In this document: piece after piece, positions 17,319-27,147 of the stretch
Numbering within the stretch: position 1 is the stretch's first letter
How the letters are laid out: every line of letters begins with the position of its first letter
Assembly: GCA_913056235.1 (NCBI GenBank)
Contig: CAJXMW010000004.1
Location: forward strand, 334,364 to 398,363
DNA length: 64,000 nt
Direction: 5' to 3'
Origin: an uncultured Fodinibius sp.
GTDB taxonomy: Bacteria; Bacteroidota; Rhodothermia; Balneolales; Balneolaceae
Translations under genes and position numbers: made by a program
Notes under the pieces: generated by a model
Told to the model about the DNA's origin: nothing
Database searches by the model: none
Seen by the model: only the letters and a program-made list of their open reading frames with translations

Positions 17319-18497
17319 TTAATGGGTTTTACTTAATTTGTACACCATACGCGCAAAATTCGAAAAGCTATCCGTTTTAGGATTGTAGTTTTCGGTCATT
17401 TCGATCATACGAACAGCTACAATATCCTGTTTGGGAAATATCACTAAGTATTGACCTCCATCACCTGAAGCTTTATAGCCAATAGTAGGTCCTGTCATGG
17501 ATTTTTTGTAGGGTGATAATTCTTTAGCCATTATCGCTTTGCGAAAACGCATAAATTGTTTTTTACTACCGAATTCACTCATAAAAGCGTTCTGCAGAGA
17601 CCCCAAGTTGCTATAGGTGCCCTTAATATTTTCAACTTTGGCTACCATCTTTTTATTTATTCCCGCCTGTTTTAATTCATTAATCTGTTGGTCACCAATT
17701 ATATATTTTTGCCCTTTGGGGATTCGCCACCAAAGCAACCCGTAAGTTCTGGTTTCTGGTGGGCCTTGTGCCAAAAGTTTTTCAATCCATTCTTGGTCAA
17801 TTAATTGTTTGCCATCCCAGGACCCTTTTTGTAAAACGAGTTGTCCCAACTTTGCAAGATCCCGAGGATGAATTCCAAGACCTCCCATTCCATAATGATT
17901 GCCGGCTTCATCAGTTCCCCAGGAAAAATCGTTAATACCAAGAGGATTGAATAGCTCAGCTTTAAGGTATTTATCAATGGGTTTGCCGACTACTTTTTTG
18001 AGGATTCCCGGAAGAATGTTTAACGCTTTGTTGTTGTAGCTAAATTCTGTCCCGGGCTCGTCTTCTACTGAGGCACATAATCCGAGCTTTAACACATCTG
18101 GGGCAGGATTCACTTCGGCATTTGCATTGGCTACGTTTTGCAAACCGGAGGTATGGCTCATCAGGTGACGAATGGTTATTTTATCTTTTTGGCCCTGTCG
18201 CCATTCGGGATAGTAATGAGCAACGGGAGTATTTAATGAGTCGATTTTGCCATCAGAAAGTAACTTGGCAAAAGCCAATCCAACAACTGATTTCGTTACC
18301 GACATCGATTCTATCTTTTTGCTCTTGGAATCGGAGTAGTATTCTACCATTTTTTCTCCGTCTTCCAGAACAACCAGTGCATCGGAGTTGGCCTTTATAC
18401 CCAATGTTAAAAGCTGACTGTACTTACTACTTGAGGGTTGACCGAGCACTAATGTTGGAACGAGAATAAGTTTTAGTACAGTTAATAAATTCTTCAT
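17319..18497 (-). CDS. Secreted serine hydrolase, beta-lactamase class C-like fold (paralog 1)
   Basis: Signal peptide, SxxK (SMSVTKS), 'HTSGL', YxN (FSYNN) and 'PRDLAKLGQL'. Confidence 0.85.
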   Translation of the reverse strand: MKNLLTVLKLILVPTLVLGQPSSSKYSQLLTLGIKANSDALVVLEDGEKMVEYYSDSKSKKIESMSVTKSVVGLAFAKLLSDGKIDSLNTPVAHYYPEWRQGQKDKITIRHLMSHTSGLQNVANANAEVNPAPDVLKLGLCASVEDEPGTEFSYNNKALNILPGILKKVVGKPIDKYLKAELFNPLGINDFSWGTDEAGNHYGMGGLGIHPRDLAKLGQLVLQKGSWDGKQLIDQEWIEKLLAQGPPETRTYGLLWWRIPKGQKYIIGDQQINELKQAGINKKMVAKVENIKGTYSNLGSLQNAFMSEFGSKKQFMRFRKAIMAKELSPYKKSMTGPTIGYKASGDGGQYLVIFPKQDIVAVRMIEMTENYNPKTDSFSNFARMVYKLSKTH

Positions 18498-18540
18498 GAT
18501 CGTATCTAAAATCTTGATTATAAAGATTGAAGAATTTGGC

Positions 18541-18567
18541 TACGAAGCGGGATAGTGAATTGTTACG
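18541..18567 (-). promoter_or_regulatory. ECF-sigma-like promoter (GTAAC-N17-CGTA)
   Basis: Minus strand reads CGTAAC-aattcactatcccgctt-CGTAGCC, about 45 bp before the ATG; the motif is repeated upstream of paralog 2. Confidence 0.5.
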
Positions 18568-18664
18568 GTTACTGTCTTTGCTGTATTAATACCACTAGTT
18601 TTAATGCGCCGGCAGGAAAAGCTACAATCACCCAGAATTGACTCCCATAGGTTCGTTGAGGTTC

Positions 18665-19840
18665 TTAGCTGTCAGTGGCTAATTTGTACACCATGTTCCC
18701 GAAATTGTTGAAAAGAACTTCTTTTCGGCTTAGCCCTTTCGTTGGAGATACCATCCGGACAGCCACGATATTTTGCTTGGGATAAATGTAGAGATATTGG
18801 CCATAATCACCGTTAGCATTATAGCCAATGACTTCTCCATTTGTTGCTACTTTCCACGGGTTCATTTCCTTGCTCTTCATCGTCTTTCTTAATGCCATAA
18901 ACTCTTTTCTAGTGGAATGGTTCATCATCGCCTGCACAATTTCGCTTCTTTTATCGTAGGTGCCTTTCATATTTTCAAAAAACTTGATCCAACTTTGTTT
19001 GATATCAGCCTCTTTTAGACTTTGGATTTTGTCCTCATCGATGATGTATTTGCTTTCGACAACACGCCACCATAATAAGCCCTCATTTAGGTGGGCAGAA
19101 CTACCATTCAAGAGCTGTTCTATTCTTTCTTTTGGGATGAGCTGACGTCCCTGCCATGAACCGTGTTGAAGCATTAGTTCACCTATTTTAGCGAGGTCAT
19201 TGGCACTCATACGAAGCCCGGACATCCCAAATTGGTTGCCAGCCTCATCGGTTTTCCAACTGATGTTGATAATACCCATTTCATCGAAGAGCTTTTGCTG
19301 CAAGTATTCGTCTACTGGTTTTTCTGAAACACTTTTAATGATATCCGGCAGAATATTTACTGCTTTATTGTTGTACTTCATCTTGGTTCCTGGCGCATCC
19401 ACAACTGAAGCACATAATGCCAGCTGCACAATATTTGGACTTGGATGTATTTCAGCTGCGGCATTCCGAACATTCTGTAGCCCTGAGGTATGATTCATCA
19501 GATGACGGATGGTAATATCCTTTTTTTGACCTTGTCTCCACTCCGGATAAAATTGAGTGACGGGAGTATCTACAGAATCAATTTTGTCGGCAGCCAACAA
19601 GTTGGCAATGGCTAAACTCATAATCGATTTGGTTATAGACATTGTGTTGCGCTTTGTTGTAGGTGTGTCTACATGATATTCAACCACTTTTTTGCCATCC
19701 TCTATGACGACTAGGTCATCCGTATGTGATTTTTTTGCGGCGTCGAGCAGAGGTTTAAATTGTGCACCTGATTGTCCCCAAGCGGCGACAGGTAACAATA
19801 TGAGTGCAATAATTTTCAATGTGATAGATTTCATAAACAA
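18665..19840 (-). CDS. Secreted serine hydrolase, beta-lactamase class C-like fold (paralog 2)
   Basis: Signal peptide, SxxK (TMSITKS), 'HTSGLQNV' and 'YNNKA'; colinear with paralog 1. Confidence 0.85.
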   Translation of the reverse strand: MFMKSITLKIIALILLPVAAWGQSGAQFKPLLDAAKKSHTDDLVVIEDGKKVVEYHVDTPTTKRNTMSITKSIMSLAIANLLAADKIDSVDTPVTQFYPEWRQGQKKDITIRHLMNHTSGLQNVRNAAAEIHPSPNIVQLALCASVVDAPGTKMKYNNKAVNILPDIIKSVSEKPVDEYLQQKLFDEMGIINISWKTDEAGNQFGMSGLRMSANDLAKIGELMLQHGSWQGRQLIPKERIEQLLNGSSAHLNEGLLWWRVVESKYIIDEDKIQSLKEADIKQSWIKFFENMKGTYDKRSEIVQAMMNHSTRKEFMALRKTMKSKEMNPWKVATNGEVIGYNANGDYGQYLYIYPKQNIVAVRMVSPTKGLSRKEVLFNNFGNMVYKLATDS

Positions 19841-19872
19841 CTCCTTTTTTATTGTTGAATAGGAAATGGGGC

Positions 19873-19898
19873 TACGAAAGGGAAAAGAAGCTGTTACG
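19873..19898 (-). promoter_or_regulatory. ECF-sigma-like promoter (GTAAC-N16-CGTA)
   Basis: Minus strand reads CGTAAC-agcttcttttcccttt-CGTAGCC upstream of the RBS (GGAG) and ATG. Confidence 0.5.
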
Positions 19899-20020
19899 AG
19901 CAGAAGTCAGGAAGTGGTATTAGCCGAATACTATTGGTGTAAAGTGATATAAAATGTTGCAAGATGGGGCCATCACTATCAGATTAAAAAGCAAAAGTAA
20001 GCTAAATCTGAATATTATTA

Positions 20021-20608
20021 CTATTCGGATTCAGCTTTGTTATTCTCTGGTTCTTTAAATGAAAAGGAGACTGTATCGGCCGGTACATTTGAGGGGTTGA
20101 TCCGATCATGTACGACCCATGCATCAGGATACTTGCGCTTGATAAGTTTGGAGTACGTATTTGCTTGCTCCCGCTGCTGGAAGTCCCCGATTTGCACCTT
20201 GTAAAACGGTTGCCGAAAAAAAGTGTAGGCCTTGGCAGAATATCCCTTAATGGTAGAGTCGGCCCATGCGCGATATTGATTTGCTACAGAATCAGCAAGT
20301 TGAATATCGCGTGTGGAGATGATCTGCACACGGTATCCGTCATAGGGATCATTGTTGATAGCTTCGCTGCTGGAATCCTTCTTCATAAAAGCTTTGGGCA
20401 TGTCCTGCTTTTGAGAAGTATGCACATCACTTAACTTACTTCGGTTTTCGACCAGTATCTGCTGGAGTTCGGTCATATCTGCATTACTGATAGCTGTGCT
20501 GTCGCGATCGGCATCACGATTCCGGGACGCCTTCTTGGTCGTTGAACAACCAAAGCTAATAACCATAATTGCGACAAGTAAAGACGTCAGAATATTTCGT
20601 ATAGTCAT
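20021..20608 (-). CDS. SPOR-domain lipoprotein
   Basis: Lipobox 'ISFGC'; SPOR-like 'GYRVQIIS...FYKVQIGDF...IKRKYPDAWVV'. Confidence 0.8.
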   Translation of the reverse strand: MTIRNILTSLLVAIMVISFGCSTTKKASRNRDADRDSTAISNADMTELQQILVENRSKLSDVHTSQKQDMPKAFMKKDSSSEAINNDPYDGYRVQIISTRDIQLADSVANQYRAWADSTIKGYSAKAYTFFRQPFYKVQIGDFQQREQANTYSKLIKRKYPDAWVVHDRINPSNVPADTVSFSFKEPENNKAESE

Positions 20609-20612
20609 GAAT

Positions 20613-21482
20613 TTAGAATCCAACGGGGTGCCAAGTGGTTTTTGTTTCTTGAAAATCAGTGATAAAGTACGGTGACTGAGTGTCCTCAGCCTCCCAATCT
20701 TCTACCGGTTTTCGAATTACGCGTTTTAGGTTTAAAGCCCCATTTTCGTCAATTTGTTTCCGGTCTTCCTGCGAGATTCCAGTATCGGTGTAAAAGAATG
20801 CATTGACATCCATGTGAGTGGTCATATGCTCGAGTAGTTCGTCGCGGAAGCCAGTAAGAATATTGACTACTCCGCCGGGGACATCAGATGAGTTGAGTAC
20901 TTCTGCAAAGCTGACTGCACTTAGTGGATACTTCTCAGAGGCCAGAATGATGCAGCTGTTGCCGCCGACAATGACAGGAGCCATAACTGAGACCAGTCCT
21001 AACAGGGGAGATTCTTCGGGCGCCCAGATATTGACGACCCCCATGGGTTCGGGCATTGAAAAGTTGAAATGCGAGCTGGCCACCGGGTTTATACTCCCAA
21101 AGACCTGCTGGTATTTATCCGACCAGCCGGCATAGTAAATCAGCCGGTCAACAGCGGCTTCCACCTCAGCTTTGGCCTCTTTTGATTTGTAGCCGATAGT
21201 TTCGAGTTCATCCACAAACTGAGCTTTGCGGGTTTCCAGCATTTCAGCGATGCGATACAGGATCTGCCCACGATTGTATGCCGATCGGCTACTCCAGTCC
21301 TCCACGGCATCGCGCGCAGCTACCACAGCGTCCCGTACGTCCTTGCGCGAGCACTGGCAGGCATTGGCCAAGATGTTATCATCGCCGTCATAGACCTTAT
21401 AATAGCGACCTGATTCCGTCCGCGGAAAATTCCCGCCTACATAGGTTTTGTATGTTTTTAAAACTTCAACTCTGTCAGACAT
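20613..21482 (-). CDS. Truncated aldehyde dehydrogenase-family protein (nucleotide-binding part only)
   Basis: The ALDH N-terminal motifs 'RGQILYRIAEMLE', 'YYAGWSDK', 'EPMGVV' and 'PGGVVNILTG' are present; the ELGGK and catalytic Cys region is absent. Confidence 0.85.
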   Translation of the reverse strand: MSDRVEVLKTYKTYVGGNFPRTESGRYYKVYDGDDNILANACQCSRKDVRDAVVAARDAVEDWSSRSAYNRGQILYRIAEMLETRKAQFVDELETIGYKSKEAKAEVEAAVDRLIYYAGWSDKYQQVFGSINPVASSHFNFSMPEPMGVVNIWAPEESPLLGLVSVMAPVIVGGNSCIILASEKYPLSAVSFAEVLNSSDVPGGVVNILTGFRDELLEHMTTHMDVNAFFYTDTGISQEDRKQIDENGALNLKRVIRKPVEDWEAEDTQSPYFITDFQETKTTWHPVGF

Positions 21483-21550
21483 AAGTACTTAATTTTATAC
21501 CAAAATGTATGCAGAACAGATGATACCAATACGGTCTGCACTCTGATTAT

Positions 21551-23071
21551 CTATTTCAATTTCACATAGGGATACAATCCCTGAAGGCCACCTTCGCGGC
21601 CTTCACCACTTTCCTTGTATCCGCCAAATGGTGATGTAGGATCAAACTGGTTGTAGGTATTTGCCCAGACCACACCATTGCGAATCTTGCCGCTCACGTT
21701 AAAGATCTTGGATCCCTTGTCGGTCCACACGCCGCCCGCCAATCCATAGGGCGTGTTGTTGGCTTTGTCGATACCTTCTTGGGCCGTCCGGAACGTCTGG
21801 ATCGTCAGTACTGGACCAAAGATCTCTTCCTGCACAATGCGGTTCGATTGGCCCACATTCGTAAACAGGGTAGGGCGGCAGAAATATCCTTTCTCGGGCA
21901 GTTCACAGGAAGCTTGGTACATATCAGCTCCCTCACTGACGCCCAGCTCAAGGTACTCGTTAATTTTGTTGTATTGCTGTTCGGAGTTAATAGCGCCGAT
22001 GTCAGTGTTTTTATCCAGTGGATCACCGACAATCAGCGTTTCCATGCGATCACGCAGTTTCTGGACTACCTTGTCGGCAATGCCTTCTTGGACAAACAGC
22101 CGTGATCCTGCACAGCAGACGTGTCCCTGGTTAAAGAAAATAGCATTGATGATTCCTTCGACCGCTTGATCAACCGGCGCATCTTCAAAAATAATATTGG
22201 GACCTTTGCCACCAAGCTCGAGCGTATATCTTTTATCCGTGCCCGCCAGTGACTTTTTGATGATCTTGCCCACTTCCGTTGAACCGGTAAAAGCAATTTT
22301 ATCCACACCATCGTGATTCACAATGGCAGAGCCCGTTTGTCCAGCTCCGGTGACAATGTTAACGACGCCCTCCGGCAATCCAGCATCGCGACAAAGTTCA
22401 GCAAACTTAAGGGCTGTAAGCGAAGTCGTTTCTGCCGGTTTCAGTACAACGGTATTACCTGTCGCCAGTGCTGGAGCAATTTTCCATGCCAGCATCAGCA
22501 GTGGAAAATTCCAGGGAATAATTTGTCCGGCAACCCCCAGCGGTTCGGCCTTTTTGCCGGGAAAGGCATAATCAAGCTTATCTGCCCAACCGGCATAGTA
22601 GAAAAAGTGAGCGGCAGCCAATGGTACGTCTACATCGCGAGATTCGCGTATAGGTTTGCCGCCGTCCATCGATTCAAGGATCGCAAACTCACGAGCCCGT
22701 TCCTGGATAAGTCGGGCAAGCCGGAAGATGTATTTTCCGCGCTCTTTAGCTTCAAGGGTAGACCAAGACTTTGTGAAAGCTTTGCGAGCGGCCTTAACGG
22801 CTTTGTCAACATCTTGCTGGGTGGCTTCGGCAAAAGAGGTCAGTGGTTCTTCGGTCGTAGGATTTACCGAATCGAAATAGCGATCTTTTTCCGGCGCCAC
22901 AAATTCTCCGCCAATAAACAGATCATACTGATCTTTAATTTCGATGCTGTCGGTACTCTGTGGGGCGTCATTATATTCCCAGAAACCATCAAAGTTGAGC
23001 TTCGAACTGGGAGATGATGGTTTAAATGGTTTTTCTTCGACAGGTTCAGCAGTTTGTTGATCGTCAGCCAT
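21551..23071 (-). CDS. Aldehyde dehydrogenase (intact)
   Basis: 'IIPWNFP', 'FTGSTEVG', 'LELGGK', catalytic 'GHVCCAG' and 'EEIFGP'. Confidence 0.95.
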   Translation of the reverse strand: MADDQQTAEPVEEKPFKPSSPSSKLNFDGFWEYNDAPQSTDSIEIKDQYDLFIGGEFVAPEKDRYFDSVNPTTEEPLTSFAEATQQDVDKAVKAARKAFTKSWSTLEAKERGKYIFRLARLIQERAREFAILESMDGGKPIRESRDVDVPLAAAHFFYYAGWADKLDYAFPGKKAEPLGVAGQIIPWNFPLLMLAWKIAPALATGNTVVLKPAETTSLTALKFAELCRDAGLPEGVVNIVTGAGQTGSAIVNHDGVDKIAFTGSTEVGKIIKKSLAGTDKRYTLELGGKGPNIIFEDAPVDQAVEGIINAIFFNQGHVCCAGSRLFVQEGIADKVVQKLRDRMETLIVGDPLDKNTDIGAINSEQQYNKINEYLELGVSEGADMYQASCELPEKGYFCRPTLFTNVGQSNRIVQEEIFGPVLTIQTFRTAQEGIDKANNTPYGLAGGVWTDKGSKIFNVSGKIRNGVVWANTYNQFDPTSPFGGYKESGEGREGGLQGLYPYVKLK

Positions 23072-23160
23072 GATTTAGTATAAATAAAAGTTAGAAAGTC
23101 ATTTCGAGTGTCAGCCAGAACTTTGGTATCACAACCTCTTGCTAACCTTCGAGCTCAAAA

Positions 23161-24054
23161 TCAATCATTGGAAAAATAGTCAGCGCTTTGATAGACGCCT
23201 GTTTTCTGCTTTACAATTTGCATAAGCAGATCGTTAGCTAGCGAGCTCGCACCAAAACGGAAGTAGTCGGGCGTAAGCCAGTCGGTTCCAAGTGTTTCTC
23301 TAACCAGTACCAAGTACTGTATTGCCTGCTTCGCTTTTCGGATGCCGCCGGCGGGTTTCATCCCCACCATGCGACCAGTTTCATAAAAATAGTCACGGAT
23401 AGCCTCCAGCATCACCAAGGTCACAGGCTGGGTCGCGGCCGGTTTTACTTTTCCGGTGGATGTTTTAATAAAATCGGCGCCGGCCTCCATGGCCAAATCA
23501 CTGGCCTTGCGGACGTTTTCATACGTCTGCAGTTCACCCGTCTCGAGGATTACTTTTAAGTGGGCCTCACCACAGGCCTCTTTGACTGAAGCAATTTCGT
23601 CATAAACATATTCGTAGTTTCCTTTCAGGAACTCCCCGCGGGAGATCACCATATCCACCTCATCGGCTCCGTCCTCAACTACGCGTCGGGTTTCCTCCAG
23701 CTTAGACTCAAGCGTGCTCATGCCGCTGGGGAAAGAGGTGGCCACACTGGCAATATTGATATTTGTACCCCGCAGTGCCTTTCGTGCGACGTTCACCATA
23801 TTGGGATACACGCAAACAGCCGCGACTTGAGGCAGCTCGGGAAGGCCTGCATAGGGCTCTTTGGCCTTTTGACAAAGTTGCCGAACTTTTCCGGGGGTAT
23901 CCATGCCGGCCAAGGTAGTGAGGTCAACCATGCTAAGCGCCAGTTTGAGCGCCTGCACCTTAGATTCTTTTTTAATGCTTCGTTTGTTGAGGCGGGCTAC
24001 ACGCTCCTCTATGCCCACCTGGTCAATTGGTACGGTTTGTGTAAAATCGGCCAA
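23161..24054 (-). CDS. deoC: Deoxyribose-phosphate aldolase
   Basis: 'DLTTL', 'AAVCVYP', 'GADEVDMVI', 'LKVILETGEL', 'FIKTSTGK', 'KPAGGIR' and 'RFGASSL'. Confidence 0.95.
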   Translation of the reverse strand: MADFTQTVPIDQVGIEERVARLNKRSIKKESKVQALKLALSMVDLTTLAGMDTPGKVRQLCQKAKEPYAGLPELPQVAAVCVYPNMVNVARKALRGTNINIASVATSFPSGMSTLESKLEETRRVVEDGADEVDMVISRGEFLKGNYEYVYDEIASVKEACGEAHLKVILETGELQTYENVRKASDLAMEAGADFIKTSTGKVKPAATQPVTLVMLEAIRDYFYETGRMVGMKPAGGIRKAKQAIQYLVLVRETLGTDWLTPDYFRFGASSLANDLLMQIVKQKTGVYQSADYFSND

Positions 24055-24142
24055 TGGTAAAACTATTTAGGTTTCCGGGGAAATTATTGCTCTGTTACAG
24101 TTAACAAATATAGGTGAATATCCGCTATAAGTTAAGGGCTAT

Positions 24143-24161
24143 TGTAGGATTTTTCCTTATA
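24143..24161. promoter_or_regulatory. 7-5-7 palindrome copy (TGTAGGA TTTTT CCTTATA)
   Basis: Upstream of the HEAT-repeat gene; matches the recurrent motif. Confidence 0.55.
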
Positions 24162-24219
24162 CCATGTTATTACAGGAATAACTATCCTGATAATCTAACA
24201 ATATCTAAAAAGGGAGGAT

Positions 24220-24981
24220 ATGTTGAGTAAAATAGGGAGCTATGAAATTGAATTAATTAATCTGTCTCCACGACAGTGGAATGCTTTTCTGAAGGAACAT
24301 TCGAACCTGCCTGGCCCTCGGGCAAATATCGAACTTGCGCAAGCTTTTGCTCATATCGGCACGTTGATGGATTTCAAAAAGTTGATACGTCTTGATGTCG
24401 ATGAAGCGCCCGAAAACACCCCGGAAGAGTTTCTGACTTTCTGTGGAGTGCTCGGTTATGGGCAGTATCTGGCAAAATATCACGACAGCGGATTATTGAA
24501 ACAGCTGAGAGAGCGAGCGAATGATTCGCGGTGGCGTATCCGCGAGGCCGTAGCTATGGCTTTGCAGAGTGTAGGTAAGAAAAATATGCCTCGGTTGGTA
24601 CAATATGCCAAAACCTGGGCAGAAGGGACCTACCTAGAGCAACGCGCAGCTGTTGCTGCTTTATGCGAGCCGGACTTGTTGAAGACTCGGTCAGATTGTT
24701 TCGCGGTGTTTGACTTACTGGATTGGGTAACTGCCACTATCGTGCAAAATGATGAGCATCAAGATGATGAGGGATACCAGATTCTGAAGAAAGCACTTAG
24801 TTACTGCTGGAGTGTTGCCGTTGCGATACTACCCGAGAAGGGGAAACCGATGATGGAGCGCTGGATGAAAGAGAAACATCCAATCGTAAGAAAAATTATG
24901 CGCCAAAACTTAAAAAAGAAGCGGCTTGAAAAGATTGAGCCTGAGTGGACAGCCGGTTGGCTTCATCAAATTTCGGACTAA
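24220..24981 (+). CDS. HEAT/ARM-repeat-like protein of unknown function
   Basis: Helical repeats 'NLPGPRANIELA', 'NDSRWRIREAVAMALQ' and 'YLEQRAAVAALCEPDLL'; strong RBS (AGGGAGG). Confidence 0.7.
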   Translation: MLSKIGSYEIELINLSPRQWNAFLKEHSNLPGPRANIELAQAFAHIGTLMDFKKLIRLDVDEAPENTPEEFLTFCGVLGYGQYLAKYHDSGLLKQLRERANDSRWRIREAVAMALQSVGKKNMPRLVQYAKTWAEGTYLEQRAAVAALCEPDLLKTRSDCFAVFDLLDWVTATIVQNDEHQDDEGYQILKKALSYCWSVAVAILPEKGKPMMERWMKEKHPIVRKIMRQNLKKKRLEKIEPEWTAGWLHQISD

Positions 24982-25278
24982 GGATTATTGCTCATGGTTT
25001 TCCCCACAGTGCTTAGTTTTTAAAAACTACAAATGGGCGTTGGTTCTATTTTTAAAGTCGTCTATAATAATATTCCAGATAAAAGAGGAAGGTCGTAGTC
25101 AGATTCAGCGATCTTCTATCTTTTGGTGGATCTTAGAATCAGAACATAGACTAGATACTTGAGCCTATGTAACGGTTAGTATTAACATATGTTACTTCAG
25201 AGTTTTTAAGGGAGATGCTTTGGAGTAATGCGCCGTGGGGGGAAGGGACACTAGGCTCGTTCCCTTTTTTTGATAGAA

Positions 25279-25404
25279 TTATTCGCCAACTGTTTTTCGA
25301 AAATGTTGTTTGAACCAGCTGATGGCGATCTTCGCTGCTTCATTACTCTTACCCGGTTCTTTGAAGAGGTGCTGATCAAAATGGGTTTTCCGATTGACAG
25401 GCAT
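25279..25404 (-). pseudogene. Remnant resembling the C-terminus of a dienelactone-hydrolase-like alpha/beta hydrolase
   Basis: Hand translation MPVNRKTHFDQHLFKEPGKSNEAAKIAISWFKQHFRKTVGE resembles the family ending HLFEEPG...A..WF..HL. Confidence 0.4.
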
Positions 25405-25541
25405 GGCGACAAATTAGCTCAGATTTGTAGTAAGAAGGATTGAAATTACCTAGGGCTTAATAGGCAGGCTTTGAGAGGCAGATTCCGATGGGGATGAGGT
25501 GATTTCCTTATCTCCCGATTTAAGTTGTAAGCTAGTTTGCA

Positions 25542-25560
25542 TGTAAGGTTTTTCCCTACA
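25542..25560. promoter_or_regulatory. 7-5-7 palindrome copy (TGTAAGG TTTTT CCCTACA)
   Basis: About 150 bp upstream of the sensor kinase, followed by an extra TGTAGGG half-site at 25564. Confidence 0.65.
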
Positions 25561-25708
25561 TGTTGTAGGGCCTTTCTATGATTGTAGAGAACACACAGTT
25601 GTTCTATAATAGCTAAACTACTATAGGGACATAACCTCTTGTAAGATAAACATTAGAATTTTGAATGATATATGGAAAGAAGTGTATCTTCGTGTGAATT
25701 AGAGTAAT

Positions 25709-27127
25709 ATGGCTGAAAAAGGAGCAGAAGTGGCTAAAAAAATCGCCCAACATAGTACCGATACAAAGCAAATTCTTGAACACATTACCCAGTGTGTTAT
25801 TAAGACTAATCTTGATGGCATCGTTACCTACTGGAATAAAGCAAGTGAGCAGATATTTGGCTATACAAAAGAGGAGATGCTTAATGAATCGTTAATCAAA
25901 ATTTATCCAAGCGTTGCAGAAAAACAGTTTCAGGATGACTTAGAACAATTACGAAGAGGTAACGAAGTACAGGGAAAGTGGAAAAGTCTTACGAAAGACG
26001 GATCTATTGTTTGGGTTGATGTTCATGCACGTCCCTTAAATAATGCGGCAGGCAAGCCCGAAGCTATAATTGCTTCTGCCCATGATATACAGGATTTAGT
26101 TGAAATTGAAAAAGAATTGGAAGAAAGAAAAGCACAAGCCCAGGCTATCTTGGAGACTACCGTTGATGGTATTATCACTATTGACGATGATGGTCATATT
26201 CTGAGTTTTAACCAGTCAGCGTCAAGAATTTTTGGTTACAAAGAGGAGGAAGTTCTTGGAGAGAATGTAAAAATGCTTATGCCCCAACCCCATCGCAGTA
26301 AACACGATAGTTTTATGAAACGTTATGGCGAAACGGATGAAGAACGGGTTATCGGTTATCGGCGGGAATTGACTGGAAAGCGCCAGGATGGCACCTTGTT
26401 TCCAATGGAGCTGTCGGTGAGTGAGGTACAATGGAATGGGAAGCGTATTTATACAGGAGTTGTCAACGATATTAGCGAGCGACGACGACTCGAGCAAGAG
26501 ATTCTTCATATTTCTGAGGAAGAACGCCGCAGCTTGGGCCAGGATTTGCACGACGGACTCGGTCAGATGCTTACCGGCATCAGTTTGATTAGTCAAAACT
26601 TAGCCCGAAAGCTCAAATCCAATGGTATCCCCGGGGCTGATGAGGTACAAGAGATTTCGAACCTGATAAAAGAGGCAGACGAATATGCCAAGGCTCTAGC
26701 TCATGGATTGGTGCATGTTGATTTTGAAGAAGAGGGGCTACAGGCGGCCTTGCGGCAGCTCAGTGAGCAGGCTAAAAAGTTTTTCAATGTAGATTGTACA
26801 TTGAATTTTCAGGATGATTATGATATTAACAATAATATTCAGGCGATGCACTTGTATCGTATCACCCAAGAATCTATAAGTAATGCAGTGAAGCATGGGG
26901 AGGCCGAAAATATCGAAATCAACGTGAAGAGAGAAGGTGACAGAATTCAACTTTCGATTATTGATGACGGCATAGGCTTTGAAAAAGCAAGACAAAACAA
27001 TAAGAAAAAGGGTATGGGTATTCATATAATGAAATACCGCGCAAACATACTATCAGGTCACCTAGAAACAAAAGAGACCGATAATAGGAGCTATGTAGTT
27101 TGCAGCATCCCCCAAAATAATTCATAA
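25709..27127 (+). CDS. Sensor histidine kinase: two PAS domains (second FixL-like heme-PAS) + HisKA_3/HATPase
   Basis: PAS2 'LMPQPHRSKHDSFMKRYGETDEERVIGYRRELTGKRQDG..FPMELSVSE' mirrors FixL; H-box 'QDLHDGLGQML'; 'ESISNAVKHG', 'DDGIGF' and 'GMGIHIMKYRA'. Confidence 0.9.
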   Translation: MAEKGAEVAKKIAQHSTDTKQILEHITQCVIKTNLDGIVTYWNKASEQIFGYTKEEMLNESLIKIYPSVAEKQFQDDLEQLRRGNEVQGKWKSLTKDGSIVWVDVHARPLNNAAGKPEAIIASAHDIQDLVEIEKELEERKAQAQAILETTVDGIITIDDDGHILSFNQSASRIFGYKEEEVLGENVKMLMPQPHRSKHDSFMKRYGETDEERVIGYRRELTGKRQDGTLFPMELSVSEVQWNGKRIYTGVVNDISERRRLEQEILHISEEERRSLGQDLHDGLGQMLTGISLISQNLARKLKSNGIPGADEVQEISNLIKEADEYAKALAHGLVHVDFEEEGLQAALRQLSEQAKKFFNVDCTLNFQDDYDINNNIQAMHLYRITQESISNAVKHGEAENIEINVKREGDRIQLSIIDDGIGFEKARQNNKKKGMGIHIMKYRANILSGHLETKETDNRSYVVCSIPQNNS

Positions 27128-27147
27128 AAGAAAGATGGTGGCTTACT

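Noticed and set aside
19668-19682. TGTAG..CTACA inside the serine hydrolase gene as a regulon site
   Set aside because: The spacing is wrong for the 7-5-7 motif and it lies within coding sequence.
17319-19840. Antibiotic-resistance beta-lactamases
   Set aside because: SxxK/YxN motifs are shared by many esterases and peptidases, and the class C KTG motif is not present as such. Resistance cannot be inferred.
22313-23017. 234-aa plus-strand ORF (and similar long antisense ORFs at 16219-16725, 48514-49002, 58813-59295, 61153-61695)
   Set aside because: They are fully antisense to well-conserved genes and have no recognisable motifs; codon-bias shadows.
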